Below, piece by piece: positions 61,679 through 64,000 of a DNA stretch of 64,000 bases. Under the pieces are notes generated by a model. That model saw only the letters and a program-made list of their open reading frames with translations. It was not told where the DNA came from and ran no database searches. Origin of the DNA: Fidelibacterota bacterium (GTDB lineage Bacteria; Fidelibacterota; Marinisomatia; Marinisomatales; TCS55); the NCBI GenBank assembly GCA_046861385.1, contig JBHHTW010000002.1, positions 78,948 through 142,947 on the forward strand. The letters are read 5' to 3'. How positions within the stretch are numbered: position 1 is the first letter of the stretch; each line of letters opens with the position of its first letter. A program made the translations under genes and the position numbers.

Positions 61679-64000
61679 GATTCAATAGAATCATAACCGG
61701 CATTCTACTTACAACTATTCTGTTTGCTCAGACAGGTAAAGAGAAAGAACAATTTCGACCTATTCCAAAGAAGTTTGACGAAGGTTTTGTTCTTGAATCT
61801 GCAGAAAGTCAATATCCACATAAACCCGACGAAATAATCGAAATCCCCAGTTACATTCAGCAAAATTATAATTCTGAAAGTAATAATCGTGGTACCTGCG
61901 ATACGATGGCTTATCGTCCACCTGGCGGTTTCGACGGAAGAAATGATTTATTTCCGGACGAAGCCATGTTTACAGCTTTTCAAATGCCGGCTGATGGGAC
62001 TTTAAAGGGCGTCAATATTCCAGTGTATGAATGGGGTGCCGGCCAGCAAAAATTAACGGTTTCATTGCATAAGATTTCTTACCCCTATAATGCAGATGGG
62101 ACGATGTATCCACTTTCTGCTGTTGATAGCACCGGTTGGATTGGCGGTTATGATATGGATGCAACCTCCGGTAACATGTTTATTGAAGGATCGACTTATA
62201 CTTTGGGAGGAACACCAGGTGTCTGTGATACGAGTGATGTAGTTGTCCCTGGGGCACTGGATCCCTTAGGGCTTGAAGTCGCAACCTCCGGACCTCCTGG
62301 AACTCCGTTAATGGGATTACTTTGGCCCTATAGTTTGACGCCAGCAATAATGGAACCATCAACTCATCCGGACTTTATTAATGGTGGAAATGATGCAAAT
62401 TGGTTTAACTTGATAGATTATGGGTCTGAAATCGATTTGTTACAGGGAGATTGGATCGGTGTATTGGTTGCCTCGACGGCAGAAGGAGATGGTGGCCCAG
62501 ATGAACCAACTGGTTTATTTTCTGCGGCAGGGGCTGAAGTCGTTGATCCTTGGGTATCTGGCAAATTCTACGGAGGTTGTACCGGAGCATCAGGCAACGG
62601 GGGTTGGCACATTAGCAGTACGATATTTGACTTTGAACTTGCGGTATATTTATATGTCGGCCCCAGGTGTCCACGTATTTATAATGTAAGCAGGGTACGA
62701 TCAACTTTATCAACAGAAGATAAGTTAGTAACTGCCCATATAATCGGGTGCGGTAGGTGGTCTTGTGAAGGAGGAGGAGATATAGAATCCGTTACTATTA
62801 CATACCAGCTTGATTCTTTAACTGCTGTAAATAATATTGTTCCCATGTCCCTGGATAGCGGTACAGTTGAAGATGGCTATTGGTCAGGAGAAATTCCTGG
62901 CCAGAACCCAGGGACTTATGTTTACTGGTATTTAACCGCCACTGATGAGAGCGGTGCGTCTGACATTTCATATCCCGGCGGATATACTATTTTCGAACCT
63001 ACACCAGGAAATGATTTAGTTTACAATAACCAGGACCCATTGTATGGCACAATACTGTATTCGTCTTACCTCTATTTCTACTGGGGGAGCGAATCTTTTG
63101 ACATTTGGGATGCAAGCTACGACTCATTATCAGCTGAATTAATAGGGCATTATTCAACCATTGTTGAACTTGGTTCAGATTATAATAATGACGCAGAAAT
63201 TGCTGCCTGGTGGGACGGTGGCAAAACATATATCGTTTCTAGCGATGAATGGTTAGGTGTTCGTTCAGGTTGGGAAGATGGTCCAACTGAAGACGGTAGT
63301 GTGGCCAAAAGTATCCTCGGAATTGCTTATGAATATAATGATATCAATTATACTGAATCCGGTGATCAGTCTGGTATTTCACGCATTATGGTTAATCCTG
63401 ATGGCGCTGCAAGTGCATTGGCTGGTTTTCTTTCAGATTCTTTGTATCTGAACTATGATCCGGACTATGAAACAGGTCGTGACAACTGGCTAGACGGTAT
63501 TGAAGCAATTGATGGATATACTGTGGACATGACCGGTTATTCATTCGTTTTGGATAGCGCAAATCAGGTAGACCCGTCCATAGGTTCTGATGAATACAAT
63601 GTCATGATCCATGGTCAAGCCGGAAATGGCGGTAAGAGCGCCTTTTTGGCTTTTGATGCAATGGCTCTCAATACTATTCCTGCTTATCATTGGGTAGGTG
63701 CATCATGGTACATGCATAACATCGACCGTTCACCAGACATAGCTATGCCGGAGCATGCAAGTCCGTTGATTGCTGTTTACGAGTTATTAGATGGAGTTGT
63801 TGGAATTGAAGAGGAAATAGAGCAACCAACAGCTTTTTCATTAAAAGGCAACTATCCCAACCCATTTAATCCGATCACTAACATCCATTATGAATTACAC
63901 AAGAATACTTACGTAGAGATCACAATTTATGACGTACTTGGTAGGGAAGTGAAAAAACTGGTTAGCGGTGAACTGGTGAGTGGTTATCATAAGGTAATTT
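61675..64000 (+). CDS. Large secreted acidic protein with CTD (paralog B), truncated by window end; absent from the ORF track
   Basis: ATG overlaps the previous TGA (ATGA). Reads MRFNRIITGILLTTILFAQ..., and the same frame gives LKGNYPNPFNP at 63841. Shares NIPVYEWG, GWIGGYDMD, GNGGWHI, LNYDPDYETG and HGQAGNGGKSAF with paralog A. Confidence 0.85.
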   Translation, partial: MRFNRIITGILLTTILFAQTGKEKEQFRPIPKKFDEGFVLESAESQYPHKPDEIIEIPSYIQQNYNSESNNRGTCDTMAYRPPGGFDGRNDLFPDEAMFTAFQMPADGTLKGVNIPVYEWGAGQQKLTVSLHKISYPYNADGTMYPLSAVDSTGWIGGYDMDATSGNMFIEGSTYTLGGTPGVCDTSDVVVPGALDPLGLEVATSGPPGTPLMGLLWPYSLTPAIMEPSTHPDFINGGNDANWFNLIDYGSEIDLLQGDWIGVLVASTAEGDGGPDEPTGLFSAAGAEVVDPWVSGKFYGGCTGASGNGGWHISSTIFDFELAVYLYVGPRCPRIYNVSRVRSTLSTEDKLVTAHIIGCGRWSCEGGGDIESVTITYQLDSLTAVNNIVPMSLDSGTVEDGYWSGEIPGQNPGTYVYWYLTATDESGASDISYPGGYTIFEPTPGNDLVYNNQDPLYGTILYSSYLYFYWGSESFDIWDASYDSLSAELIGHYSTIVELGSDYNNDAEIAAWWDGGKTYIVSSDEWLGVRSGWEDGPTEDGSVAKSILGIAYEYNDINYTESGDQSGISRIMVNPDGAASALAGFLSDSLYLNYDPDYETGRDNWLDGIEAIDGYTVDMTGYSFVLDSANQVDPSIGSDEYNVMIHGQAGNGGKSAFLAFDAMALNTIPAYHWVGASWYMHNIDRSPDIAMPEHASPLIAVYELLDGVVGIEEEIEQPTAFSLKGNYPNPFNPITNIHYELHKNTYVEITIYDVLGREVKKLVSGELVSGYHKVI

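Noticed and set aside
1279-63451. Numerous 60-150 aa antisense or alternate-frame ORFs in the track; tRNA, rRNA and riboswitches
   Set aside because: The ORFs are shadows of well-supported genes. No structured RNA gene was recognisable by eye, though an Infernal or tRNAscan run would be needed to exclude one.

Overview
AT-rich bacterial chromosomal segment, mostly + strand housekeeping genes. The gene content (diderm envelope genes, folP-cdaA, fused FTCD, group II GGGP synthase, secreted proteins with a YPNPFNP C-terminal domain) suggests an FCB-superphylum organism such as Marinimicrobia; this is an inference. Gene order: tilS(3' end)-hpt-ftsH-folP-cdaA-ZIP-prfB (programmed +1 frameshift), M16 peptidase, lysS-lolC/E x2-lolD-clpC-dnaK, tamB-Omp85-TPR-moxR-DUF58-Bat-like, efp-accB-accC-gcvH, GGGPS, gmhA-xerD-S2P-small ORF-ftcD-mutL, a minus-strand island, a miaA pseudogene, hutH-guaB, rpsT, crp-meaB-tatC-polyprenyl synthase-GT9-waaA-ABC ATPase-CDP-alcohol transferase-ftsY-rimO, then three secreted proteins with a C-terminal sorting-type domain (CTD). 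Main observations: (1) the 3 kb island between mutL and miaA looks like a decaying integron cassette array, with attC-like sites and an attI-like site but no integrase, next to a multiply inactivated miaA; (2) the three CTD genes have mosaic, nearly identical CTD DNA, suggesting cargo shuffling or gene conversion; (3) the archaeal-type ether-lipid enzyme GGGPS is bracketed by two copies of a palindromic repeat; (4) several REP-like families occur, including a nested insertion and a 50-bp tandem array. No rRNA, tRNA, CRISPR or intact transposase was recognised.
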